DNA of 32,000 nucleotides from Synechococcus sp. A15-24 (GTDB lineage: Bacteria; Cyanobacteriota; Cyanobacteriia; PCC-6307; Cyanobiaceae): NCBI RefSeq assembly GCF_014280195.1, contig NZ_CP047960.1, positions 1,470,001 through 1,502,000 on the forward strand, read 5' to 3'. Below, piece by piece: positions 24,494 to 32,000 of the stretch (position 1 is its first letter; every line of letters starts with the position of its first letter). Below the pieces are notes generated by a model, which was not told the DNA's origin, did no database searches, and worked only from the letters and a program-made list of their open reading frames with translations. The translations under genes and the position numbers were made by a program.

Positions 24494-25328
24494 TCAGATC
24501 GTCCTTGGTGAGTGCTTCCGCCATGCGGGCAAACAATCGATTGGCCTGGCGCAGCCGGGCCCGGTCGATGGCATTGCGGATGGAGCGGGCATTGGCAAAA
24601 AACGGCAGCTGGCGTCGCAGCATGATGTATTCCGCAAACGCCTGCTCAGCCTCCGCACTGAAGCGGTACTGCTGCGCGTCCAACAGCAAGCCGGCAATCG
24701 CCATCAAGTCCGCATTGCTGTAATCAGGAAAATCCAGGTGATGGGCCACCCGGGAGGACAGCCCGGGATTGGAGCTGTAAAAGCTGTCCATCCGATCCTT
24801 GTATCCCGCGAAAATCACCACCAACTCCGTGCGGCGGTTTTCCATCTCCTGCAGCAGGATCTCAATCGCCTCAGCGCCGTAATCGCGTTCGTTGTCGGGC
24901 TTGTAGAGGTAATAAGCCTCATCAACAAACAGCACACCGCCCTGGGCCCGCTTGAGCATTTCTTTGGTCTTGGGCGCCGTATGACCCACGTACTGCCCCA
25001 CCAGATCATCCCGAGTGGCCGTCACCACATGGCCTTTGCGGAGGTAACCAAGGCGATGCAGGATCTGCGACATTCTTTGCGCCACAGTCGTCTTGCCCGT
25101 CCCGGGATTGCCGGTGAACGACATGTGGAGGCTTGGCGCAGTACTGGCCAGTTCCAGTTGCTGCCGCGCCTGATCCACCAGCAGCAGCGCTGCAATTTCA
25201 CGGATCCTGGTCTTCACCGGGGTAAGGCCGATCAGCTCACGGTCGAGTTGGTCCAGCACCTCTGCCACGCCGGATTCGGCGTAATTAGCCGCCAGATCAA
25301 CCGAGGAGGGCATCAATCTGAGCGGCAA
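24408..25328 (-). CDS. cbbX: CbbX-type AAA+ ATPase (Rubisco activase-like)
   Basis: Walker [10 protein letters not shown], Walker [11 protein letters not shown] and CbbX-typical flanking sequence. The start is at 25328 or 25313; both overlap the acRAF stop. Confidence 0.9.
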   Translation of the reverse strand: MPLRLMPSSVDLAANYAESGVAEVLDQLDRELIGLTPVKTRIREIAALLLVDQARQQLELASTAPSLHMSFTGNPGTGKTTVAQRMSQILHRLGYLRKGHVVTATRDDLVGQYVGHTAPKTKEMLKRAQGGVLFVDEAYYLYKPDNERDYGAEAIEILLQEMENRRTELVVIFAGYKDRMDSFYSSNPGLSSRVAHHLDFPDYSNADLMAIAGLLLDAQQYRFSAEAEQAFAEYIMLRRQLPFFANARSIRNAIDRARLRQANRLFARMAEALTKDDLITIEAPDIRASRVFAGHVEGHHPVASGA

Positions 25329-25548
25329 AGGCGCGATCGGCTTCGTTCAACTGGGCATCAGGATCGTCATTCTCCGGGCGGATCGTGATGTTCACGTAGG
25401 TGCTCCCGAAGCTGATGTCCGGAAAGCGCTGGGTGGCTTCGCTGTGCTCGCCCAACTTGTCGAGGAAATCCCGGGTGGTGCTGTAGCCGTCGAACTCGAA
25501 ACGTCGCTCCAGGCAGACCGGACGCTTGCGTTCCTGCCACTGATCCAT
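25297..25548 (-). CDS. acRAF: Pterin-4a-carbinolamine dehydratase-like alpha-carboxysome Rubisco assembly factor
   Basis: 83-aa PCD/DCoH-like sequence ([21 protein letters not shown]...[12 protein letters not shown]). Its position between chpX and cbbX is typical of alpha-cyanobacterial loci. Confidence 0.7.
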   Translation of the reverse strand: MDQWQERKRPVCLERRFEFDGYSTTRDFLDKLGEHSEATQRFPDISFGSTYVNITIRPENDDPDAQLNEADRAFAAQIDALLG

Positions 25549-25573
25549 CGTCGTCCGAGAGCCTGATGAAAAC

Positions 25574-26716
25574 CTAGAGGAGCGCCACCCGCTGGCAGCC
25601 CATCAAGCGCCCGGACCAGGCCTCGGCATAGGCCCGATTAGCCGCCTGCTGTTCCGAATCGTCGGTATCCATGGGATGGGGCATGGTGCCGGCGATGGCG
25701 GCATTGGTGACGCAGAACATCGACTTCTGGAAACTGACGCAGATCTGAACGTGCGCATCGGTCTGCCCCCGTCCGTTGACGTCGTACCAGCGGCTCAGCT
25801 CCTCCGGCAGATGGCGGAACATGTCCTGCATGCACAGGCTCGGCGGGATGCCGGCCCCCATGCTGGGAATCGGATCGGCGTACAGCGCTCCGTACTTGAA
25901 ATCACTGATGTCCGGTGAGATCTGACGGGCCTGGGCGTTGTAGGACACCGTTCCCAGGAACGGCATGCCGCGGAAGAACACTGCTTCCACATAGGGCACG
26001 GCCACATCCACCAGAAAGGTGAGACCAGCCTCAGGAGGCAGCACCCAGATGTCTTCACCACCCACCGTCACCTGGTAGGTGATCGGATTGCCAGCCGCTG
26101 CCACCAGACCATCGCGGATGTGATGCACAACATCGTTAACGCAGGTGACCTCATTGATTGCATAGCGACGGGCCAGGTCGACAAAAATGTCGCTCATCAC
26201 GCGCCAGAACAGACCAAGGCAATAAATGGTGGTGAGTGAACGGATCGATTCCGGGGCAAAGCCGGGATAAAGCCGATTGGTGAGCGCCAGCAATGGATCC
26301 CGCGCCGCCTTGCGTTGGATGATCCGTTGGCAGGCGTCAGCAAACTCCGGGGTGTCGAGATAGGCATCCAGGCCACCGGTGCCGTGCCAGAACATCGCCT
26401 TCTGGCAGTACTCGGCGTACTCGAAGTTGATCCGGTCCCCCAGCAGGTGCTGCCAAAGGCGCTTCAGGTTGAAGCCCTCATGAAAGAAACGGAACACGGG
26501 GAAGGGATTCAGCAGCTGCTTCTCCCCCTGATCCACCAGGTTTTTGCTGTAAGCATCGAGCACGATGCCGTAACTCTCGAGAACATTCACCACCTGCAGC
26601 AGATGGTCCGGTGTGTCCTTGAGCAATGGCGTATCGCTGAGCAGGCGCCGGATCAGCTCCTCCTGATCCGGCAACTGGGGAGGAGCCACTGGTGTGGGCT
26701 TCAAGGTGGTGGTCAT
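25574..26716 (-). CDS. chpX: CO2 hydration protein ChpX (CupB) of NDH-1(4)
   Basis: 380 aa. Sequence is characteristic of ChpX/ChpY. It lies immediately downstream of ndhD, with a 4-nt overlap. Confidence 0.85.
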   Translation of the reverse strand: MTTTLKPTPVAPPQLPDQEELIRRLLSDTPLLKDTPDHLLQVVNVLESYGIVLDAYSKNLVDQGEKQLLNPFPVFRFFHEGFNLKRLWQHLLGDRINFEYAEYCQKAMFWHGTGGLDAYLDTPEFADACQRIIQRKAARDPLLALTNRLYPGFAPESIRSLTTIYCLGLFWRVMSDIFVDLARRYAINEVTCVNDVVHHIRDGLVAAAGNPITYQVTVGGEDIWVLPPEAGLTFLVDVAVPYVEAVFFRGMPFLGTVSYNAQARQISPDISDFKYGALYADPIPSMGAGIPPSLCMQDMFRHLPEELSRWYDVNGRGQTDAHVQICVSFQKSMFCVTNAAIAGTMPHPMDTDDSEQQAANRAYAEAWSGRLMGCQRVALL

Positions 26717-28203
26717 GAGAGTCCTCCGCTGATCTGACTCAGGCCCGTGGTGGCTGCTTCACTGAGGTTGGACAGCAGTTCCGGCGCCAGGCCAAGAACC
26801 AGAACACCAAGGCTGAGGGCAATGGCCGGCACCTGTTCCCGCAAGGCAACCCGATCGAGAATACGGGGATTCACCACTTCGCCGGGGGCAATGGCAAGGC
26901 GCCCGAAGAAGGCCCGGTTCACCAGCAGAAGGAAATACACCGCCGTGAGGCCGGAGCCCACCATCGACAGCAATGTGGCGATGGGGAACGGCTGCAGGCT
27001 GCCGCGGAAGATCAGAAATTCAGAGATGAAGCCAGCCATGCCTGGAATCCCGGCACTGGCCATCACACCGATGATCATCAGGGAACCGGTCAGCGGCAGG
27101 CCCCGCTGAGGGTTGAGCAGACCGCGCAGCACATTGAGATCTCGAGTGCCGGTTCGGGCGTAGACCACGCCCACCAGCAGGAAGAGCACCCCGGAGATCA
27201 GCCCATGACTGATCATCTGGAACAGGGCACCCATCAACCCAAGCGGCGTGGCAGCAGCAGCCGCCAGAAGCACGTAGCCCATGTGACCAACGGAGCTGTA
27301 GGCCACCATCCGTTTCATGTCGGTTTGAGCGATGGCGGCCAAAGAGCCATAAAGCACCGAAATCGCCGCCCAGGCCGCCAACCAGGGGGAGGCCAGTTGC
27401 CAGGCCTCGGGGAAGAGACCAAGGCAGAACCGCAGCAAGCCATAGGTGCCCAGCTTGAGCAACACACCGGCCAGCAGCACCGACACCGGTGTGGAGGCCT
27501 CGGTGTGGGCATCCGGCAACCAGGTGTGGAACGGAAACAGGGGGATTTTGATGCCGAAGCCGATCAGCAGAGCGCCCATCAACACCAACTGAGCCGTCAT
27601 CCCCAGCTCACCGGCCATGATCGGCTGAAAGCTGAAATCCATCGTGCCACTGACGAAGGCCAGCCCGAGGAAGGCCGCCAGAATCAGCACGCCGGATACC
27701 GCCGTGACGATCAGAAATTTTGTGGCGGCATAGGCCCGGTTGGCACCACCCCACACAGCAATCAACAGCCACAGGGGAATCAGTTCCAGCTCGTAGAACA
27801 GGAAAAACAGCAGCAGGTTCTGAGCCAGGAAGGCACCGTTCACAGCGCCGCTGATCACCAGCAGCAAGGCGAAATAGATCCGAGGCCGGTTATCGATCGA
27901 TCGCGACGCAATGGCGGCGACCAGGCAGAGCACCCCATTCATCAACACCAGCGGCAGGGACAATCCATCTACCGCCAGGGCGTAATCCAGGCCGATGGCA
28001 TGGACCCAGCGGGCCTGCTCGACCAGCTGCAGACCAGCGTCTGCAGGGTCGAACGGCAGCAACAATGCAAAGCTGGCCACGCATTGAACGGCCAGCAGCA
28101 CGATCGTGACCTCGCGCAGCCGAGCACTGGTGGGTGCCCCAGGCCAGAGGATCAGGACCAGAGCCCCCATCAGGGGAATCAACAGCAGCAGGGAAAGCAG
28201 CAT
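26713..28203 (-). CDS. ndhD4: NAD(P)H-quinone oxidoreductase subunit D (CO2-uptake paralogue)
   Basis: 496-aa polytopic antiporter-like subunit (NuoM/NdhD type). The paralogue assignment comes from its position between ndhF and chpX. Confidence 0.85.
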   Translation of the reverse strand: MLLSLLLLIPLMGALVLILWPGAPTSARLREVTIVLLAVQCVASFALLLPFDPADAGLQLVEQARWVHAIGLDYALAVDGLSLPLVLMNGVLCLVAAIASRSIDNRPRIYFALLLVISGAVNGAFLAQNLLLFFLFYELELIPLWLLIAVWGGANRAYAATKFLIVTAVSGVLILAAFLGLAFVSGTMDFSFQPIMAGELGMTAQLVLMGALLIGFGIKIPLFPFHTWLPDAHTEASTPVSVLLAGVLLKLGTYGLLRFCLGLFPEAWQLASPWLAAWAAISVLYGSLAAIAQTDMKRMVAYSSVGHMGYVLLAAAAATPLGLMGALFQMISHGLISGVLFLLVGVVYARTGTRDLNVLRGLLNPQRGLPLTGSLMIIGVMASAGIPGMAGFISEFLIFRGSLQPFPIATLLSMVGSGLTAVYFLLLVNRAFFGRLAIAPGEVVNPRILDRVALREQVPAIALSLGVLVLGLAPELLSNLSEAATTGLSQISGGLS

Positions 28204-28213
28204 CTCAGGGCGA

Positions 28214-30058
28214 TCAGGTGAGGAACCAGCTCACCGAGGTGAGAAAGAGAACAATGGCCACCAGCACCGTGAGCACATACGACTGGGTCTGGCCGCTGAC
28301 GCTGAGCTTCAGGCCTTCGGCGCTCTGCAACGACAGGCGGGCCACACCGTTGAGCACACCGTCAACAACGGTGCGATCAAACCAGAAGGCCAGACGCGAC
28401 ACGCGGGCCACCACATTCACGATGGTGAGGCGGTAAAAGTTCTCGGTATAGAAGTCGTAGGCCAGCAGGTCCTGGAACCAGCGCAGCCAGGGGTTGAGTG
28501 AACGGGACCAGGCCTTGCTCAACGGCAGCAGAGCACCCGCAACCAGCCCGATCAGTCCGCTTCCCACCACCAAGCCCGCTGCCCAGAGCGGGAACGCGAG
28601 CAGGCCATCGAGGGATTCCAGCCGCACCAGCAGCAGAGGGGTGAGCAAAACCACCACCGACAAGGCCACCATCGGCAAGGCCATCTGCCAGTTCACTTCA
28701 GCTGAACGTCGCGACTTGATCAGGGGGTTGCCGAGGAACACGTGACGGAACACCCGCACCAAACCAAGAGCCGTCAGGGCGTTGGTGAGCAGGAAAACAC
28801 CCATGAAAGGGATCGAACGCACGCTGAGAAGCTCAATCGACTGGGCCAGGGCCAGGAATCCACCCAAGGGCAGGAAACCCACCAACCCGGCACCACCCAC
28901 GACAAAAGCTGTCGTGGTCGCCGGCATCCGAGTTCCCAGGCCACCCAGCTCGGTGATGTCCTGGCAATTGGTCGACGCAATCACGCCACCAATGCTCATC
29001 GACAACAACGCCTTGGATACAGCATGGGAGAACAACAGCAGCAGAGCCAGAACAGGAATCTGCAGCGCGATGGCAATGAACACCAGACCCAGATGGGCGG
29101 TTGTTGTGTACGACTGGGTGCGCTTGATGTCCACCTGGGCGATGGCCACCAGCGAGCCGCCGATGGCGCTGATGCTGCCGATCACCAGCAGCACCCCTAC
29201 AGCAATGGGGGAAAGCTGCAGGATTGGCATCACCTTGAGCAGGACGATCGCCCCGCAGGTGACCACTACGGAATTGCGCAGGATGGAAGCCGGGTTTGGC
29301 CCCTCCATCGCTTCATCCAGCCACAGGTGCATCGGGAACTGGGCGCACTTGCCTGTGGGGCCGGCGATCAGGCCAAGCCCCAGCAACGTTGCGGCCAAGG
29401 GGGACAGGGCATCCTGCGCGGCCCAGGCGTAGAGGTCGTTGAACCCCATGGCACCGGAATAACTGCAGAGGGCCACCACACCCATCAGCAGGAGCACATC
29501 GCCAACACGCTTTGTGAGGAAGGCGTCCCGCGCGGCCGTCACCACCAGCGGCTGGGCATACCAGAAACCCACCAATAAATAGGTGGAGAGGGTAAGCATC
29601 TCCAGCAGGAAATAGCTCTGGAACAACGAATCGCTCAGCACAACGCCGCTCATCGCCCCCTCAAAGAAGCCAAGCAGGGCAAAGAAACGGGCCAGCGCCC
29701 ACTCCTTGTCCATGTAGCCGAGGGAATAAACCTGGGAGAACAGGCTCAAACCGGTGATCAATTCCAGGGCCACCAGGTTGGTGAGCGAAAGGCTGAAGCT
29801 GATGTCCAGCTCCAGATCGGCAACGGTGAGCCAGGGGAAAGCCAGGTCCACCGGGCCTGACTGGAACACCTGCTGAAGGATGAGGCTGCCGTGGCCGAAA
29901 GCCAGCAGGGTCAGAAGAATATTGAGATAAGCCGCCGGACGATGGGCGTCACGACGAAACAGGCCTGAAGCCCAGGGCAGTGACACCAGCATCCCGGCGA
30001 ATCCATAGAGAGGAATCAGCCAGGCGGTCTGGATAGGAAGCGAGAGCTCCTGAGTCAA
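28214..30058 (-). CDS. ndhF4: NAD(P)H-quinone oxidoreductase subunit F (CO2-uptake paralogue)
   Basis: 614-aa NuoL/NdhF-type protein with N-terminal ...TAWLIPLYGFAG. The paralogue assignment comes from the ndhF-ndhD-chpX arrangement. Confidence 0.85.
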   Translation of the reverse strand: MTQELSLPIQTAWLIPLYGFAGMLVSLPWASGLFRRDAHRPAAYLNILLTLLAFGHGSLILQQVFQSGPVDLAFPWLTVADLELDISFSLSLTNLVALELITGLSLFSQVYSLGYMDKEWALARFFALLGFFEGAMSGVVLSDSLFQSYFLLEMLTLSTYLLVGFWYAQPLVVTAARDAFLTKRVGDVLLLMGVVALCSYSGAMGFNDLYAWAAQDALSPLAATLLGLGLIAGPTGKCAQFPMHLWLDEAMEGPNPASILRNSVVVTCGAIVLLKVMPILQLSPIAVGVLLVIGSISAIGGSLVAIAQVDIKRTQSYTTTAHLGLVFIAIALQIPVLALLLLFSHAVSKALLSMSIGGVIASTNCQDITELGGLGTRMPATTTAFVVGGAGLVGFLPLGGFLALAQSIELLSVRSIPFMGVFLLTNALTALGLVRVFRHVFLGNPLIKSRRSAEVNWQMALPMVALSVVVLLTPLLLVRLESLDGLLAFPLWAAGLVVGSGLIGLVAGALLPLSKAWSRSLNPWLRWFQDLLAYDFYTENFYRLTIVNVVARVSRLAFWFDRTVVDGVLNGVARLSLQSAEGLKLSVSGQTQSYVLTVLVAIVLFLTSVSWFLT

Positions 30059-30169
30059 AACGGCAAGCGGGATCGGGATCGGGCTGGTCGTTGATTGGCC
30101 GGCGAATCTAGGTACGACACCGTGTTCTGGGCGCTCTTTGTGAACGGCTGTAGTAGTGGTGCTGTGGTA

Positions 30170-30727
30170 TCAGAGACGACGTGTGGCACCGCTGACGATC
30201 AGAGCGGGCTCTACTTCCTGATGGGGGCGAGCAATGATGTGAGCGGCGACAAGTCCGTCACCCACACGCTCACAGGCATCTGCCCCCGCGCGAACAGCAG
30301 CGTTGACTGCACCTGTTTCACCACGAACCATCACGGTGACGTAGCCACCACCGACGTACTCGCGGCAGATCAGGCTGACTTCAGCCGCCTTGGTCATGGC
30401 ATCAGCCGCTTCGATGGCAGGGACCATGCCACGGGTTTCGATCATGCCCAGGGCAATGCCCTGCACAGGGCTTGCAGCGGGAGCGGTGTTGCTCACAGGC
30501 TTTGCAACGCTGCCGCCACCTGCCGAGCCCGACGCTGCGCTTCTGCGGGTGGTGGTGGTGGTGTTGCTGCGACGGGTGGTTGAGGGTGCTGGGGTGGGAG
30601 CCGGCGTGGAAGCGGCCGAAGCAGCGGGCTTTGCGGGGGTGGCCACGGGCTTCACATCAACGGTCTTATTCGCTGCAGCACTGCTGCGGGTGGTGCGGCG
30701 ACGGGGTGTGGGGGACGGGGTGGCCAT
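30170..30727 (-). CDS. csoS1E: Carboxysome shell BMC-H protein with a long Pro/Thr/Ala/Arg-rich N-terminal extension
   Basis: The C-terminal approximately 95 aa form a canonical BMC domain (IALGMIETRGMVPAIEAADAMTKAAEV...VMVRGETGAVNAAV). The start is taken at MATPSPTPRRR. Confidence 0.85.
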   Translation of the reverse strand: MATPSPTPRRRTTRSSAAANKTVDVKPVATPAKPAASAASTPAPTPAPSTTRRSNTTTTTRRSAASGSAGGGSVAKPVSNTAPAASPVQGIALGMIETRGMVPAIEAADAMTKAAEVSLICREYVGGGYVTVMVRGETGAVNAAVRAGADACERVGDGLVAAHIIARPHQEVEPALIVSGATRRL

Positions 30728-30779
30728 GGGGAGAAGGGAGTGGAAGCGGAACGGAAACGGCGGAAGGAGGGAAAGCTCC

Positions 30780-31031
30780 CTATCCGTCCGGATTCCAGTG
30801 ATCAATGATCCCGCCGATGGTTAGATCGGTGAGAACCTTGTTGTCCGGGCAGGCATGCCGGGCAGCGGAGCCGCTGGCAGTGAACACCCAGTTGCCCTCA
30901 CAGGCACCCACGGGATCCACGGCCACCAGCTTCTTGCCTTTGGCATTGCGAAGGATGCGCAGGTGCATGTGATCCAGCCCCGCCACGCGGAAGCTGCACA
31001 CCAAGGTGCCCATCACCTGCATGATCTCCAT
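30780..31031 (-). CDS. csoS4B: Carboxysome vertex (pentamer) protein CsoS4B, EutN/CcmL family
   Basis: 83 aa: MEIMQVMGTLVCSFRVAGLDHMHLRIL...TIGGIIDHW. It is the second EutN-like gene after csoS3. Confidence 0.9.
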   Translation of the reverse strand: MEIMQVMGTLVCSFRVAGLDHMHLRILRNAKGKKLVAVDPVGACEGNWVFTASGSAARHACPDNKVLTDLTIGGIIDHWNPDG

Positions 31032-31351
31032 CAGACGCTCGCGCCTCCGGCAGGATTTGCTGTGGGTGCAGGGGTGGGAGCCGGCGCAGGAGCTGGGGTC
31101 TTCGGTGGGTCAGGTTCCCAGTGATCGATGATCCCCACGATGGTGAGGTCACTGGGATAAGACTTACTGCCAGCCGCTTCACGGGCGGCGGAGCTGCTGA
31201 CGCAGATCACCCAGTCTCCGGGTTTCGCACCGACCGCATCGACAGCCACCTTCTTGGCGCTGCCGTCCTGCACCACCTGAAGATGCTTGTGCTCGAAATC
31301 CGGAATGCGGTTGGTGGAGACGAGCGGCTTGATGACCTTGACGATGAGCAT
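31031..31351 (-). CDS. csoS4A: Carboxysome vertex (pentamer) protein CsoS4A with a Pro/Ala-rich C-terminal tail
   Basis: MLIVKVIKPLVSTNRIPDFEHKHLQVV...TIVGIIDHW is the EutN/CcmL fold. The tail DPPKTPAPAPAPTPAPTANPAGGASV follows. The start lies 2 nt after the csoS3 stop. Confidence 0.9.
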   Translation of the reverse strand: MLIVKVIKPLVSTNRIPDFEHKHLQVVQDGSAKKVAVDAVGAKPGDWVICVSSSAAREAAGSKSYPSDLTIVGIIDHWEPDPPKTPAPAPAPTPAPTANPAGGASV

Positions 31352-31353
31352 GA

Positions 31354-32000
31354 TCAGTGAGCCTCCTGAAGCGGGGGGGCGAGGGTGGAACCGACCACCT
31401 CGGCGGGGGCCGTCTGGTTGCGATCCCGAACGGTGAGGCAAGTGTGGAGCAGGCCCTGGTTCACAAACTCGCCGTAGCGATCTGAGATGGCCTGATTCAC
31501 CCGCTCACAATCGGCAATCGCCCGCTCCCGGGCACCGGGAACACGGCCTGAATAGTCGAAGCGAACGACCACCGGGATCGGCAGATCGCGGGACACATTC
31601 AGACCTTTGAAGATCTTGACCCCGACATCGAGATCAGGAGCACCTTCTTCAACGGTGTCCAAATGGGCGAAGTAGGTGAGATTGCGAAGGTGAACCTCCT
31701 TGAAGCCGATCCCGACACCGATGAAACGTTCAGCGTGGCCTGCATCGGGGTATGGCGCTCCGTGCAAATCCTGCACGTAATCAATCTGAGAAAAGTTGTT
31801 GGCGATCAAGCGGGTCAGAAACGCCACCGTGCCGGGCTCCATTGGTCCCGGTGCTTCAGCCTCGATCGCCTCGGCGATCTGAGCCATGGCTTGATCCGCC
31901 GTCATCGACGCCGTCGCGGCATGGAGTTCACGCGCACAGAGCCATTGATCAAGCACCATCTCGCTGTCCCGAGTCGGGGGATGGACCCGAATCGCGTCGG
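31354..32000 (-). CDS. csoS3: Carboxysome shell carbonic anhydrase CsoSCA, C-terminal part (5-prime end beyond the window)
   Basis: The reading frame is open to the window edge. It lies directly upstream of csoS4A. The C-terminal-domain sequence fits CsoS3-like proteins (recalled, not searched). Confidence 0.8.
   Translation of the reverse strand, partial: DAIRVHPPTRDSEMVLDQWLCARELHAATASMTADQAMAQIAEAIEAEAPGPMEPGTVAFLTRLIANNFSQIDYVQDLHGAPYPDAGHAERFIGVGIGFKEVHLRNLTYFAHLDTVEEGAPDLDVGVKIFKGLNVSRDLPIPVVVRFDYSGRVPGARERAIADCERVNQAISDRYGEFVNQGLLHTCLTVRDRNQTAPAEVVGSTLAPPLQEAH

Noticed and set aside
30560-31090. Short GC-rich repeats (GGTGGTGGTGGTG, GGGGTGGGAGCCGGCG) that could suggest a repeat array or CRISPR.
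   Set aside because: They are in-frame codon repeats for Thr/Pro/Ala low-complexity linkers inside csoS1E and csoS4A. There is no regular repeat-spacer periodicity.

Overview
This is a GC-rich cyanobacterial chromosome segment. It is most consistent with a marine Synechococcus-type alpha-cyanobacterium. That assignment is an inference from gene content, because no database search was possible. The right third (24.4-32 kb, minus strand) is the distal part of an alpha-carboxysome / CO2-concentrating superlocus: csoS3 (partial), csoS4A, csoS4B, csoS1E, ndhF4, ndhD4, chpX, the PCD-like Rubisco assembly factor (acRAF) and cbbX. The other core genes are a class V aminotransferase, murE, a glutaredoxin-like gene, yidD, rpsD, a DUF4079-like membrane protein, maf, an MscS-family channel, cobQ, a 2Fe-2S ferredoxin-like gene and a ClC-like channel. 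The core is interrupted by four visibly AT-richer accessory stretches. (1) 1-3562 is an integrase-bearing island with a fasciclin gene and an ORF-poor, hairpin-rich 1.3 kb. (2) About 7.7-12.7 kb holds an atypical long glutamine-amidotransferase-like gene, small cassette-like ORFs flanked by a 60-bp repeat, a DUF4278 gene and a fatty-acid desaturase. (3) About 13.7-14.9 kb has small ORFs, orphan terminators and twin palindromes. (4) 21.7-22.9 kb carries a frameshifted serralysin-like metalloprotease. The most unusual item is a 750-aa EF-hand / Erv1-ALR-type sulfhydryl-oxidase fusion. It sits in a tightly packed maf-mscS-(EF/Erv)-2TM gene string. No tRNA, rRNA, CRISPR array or transposase was seen. 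The many long ORFs antisense to GC-rich genes are judged spurious. All family calls rest on motifs read by eye and need HMM or BLAST confirmation.
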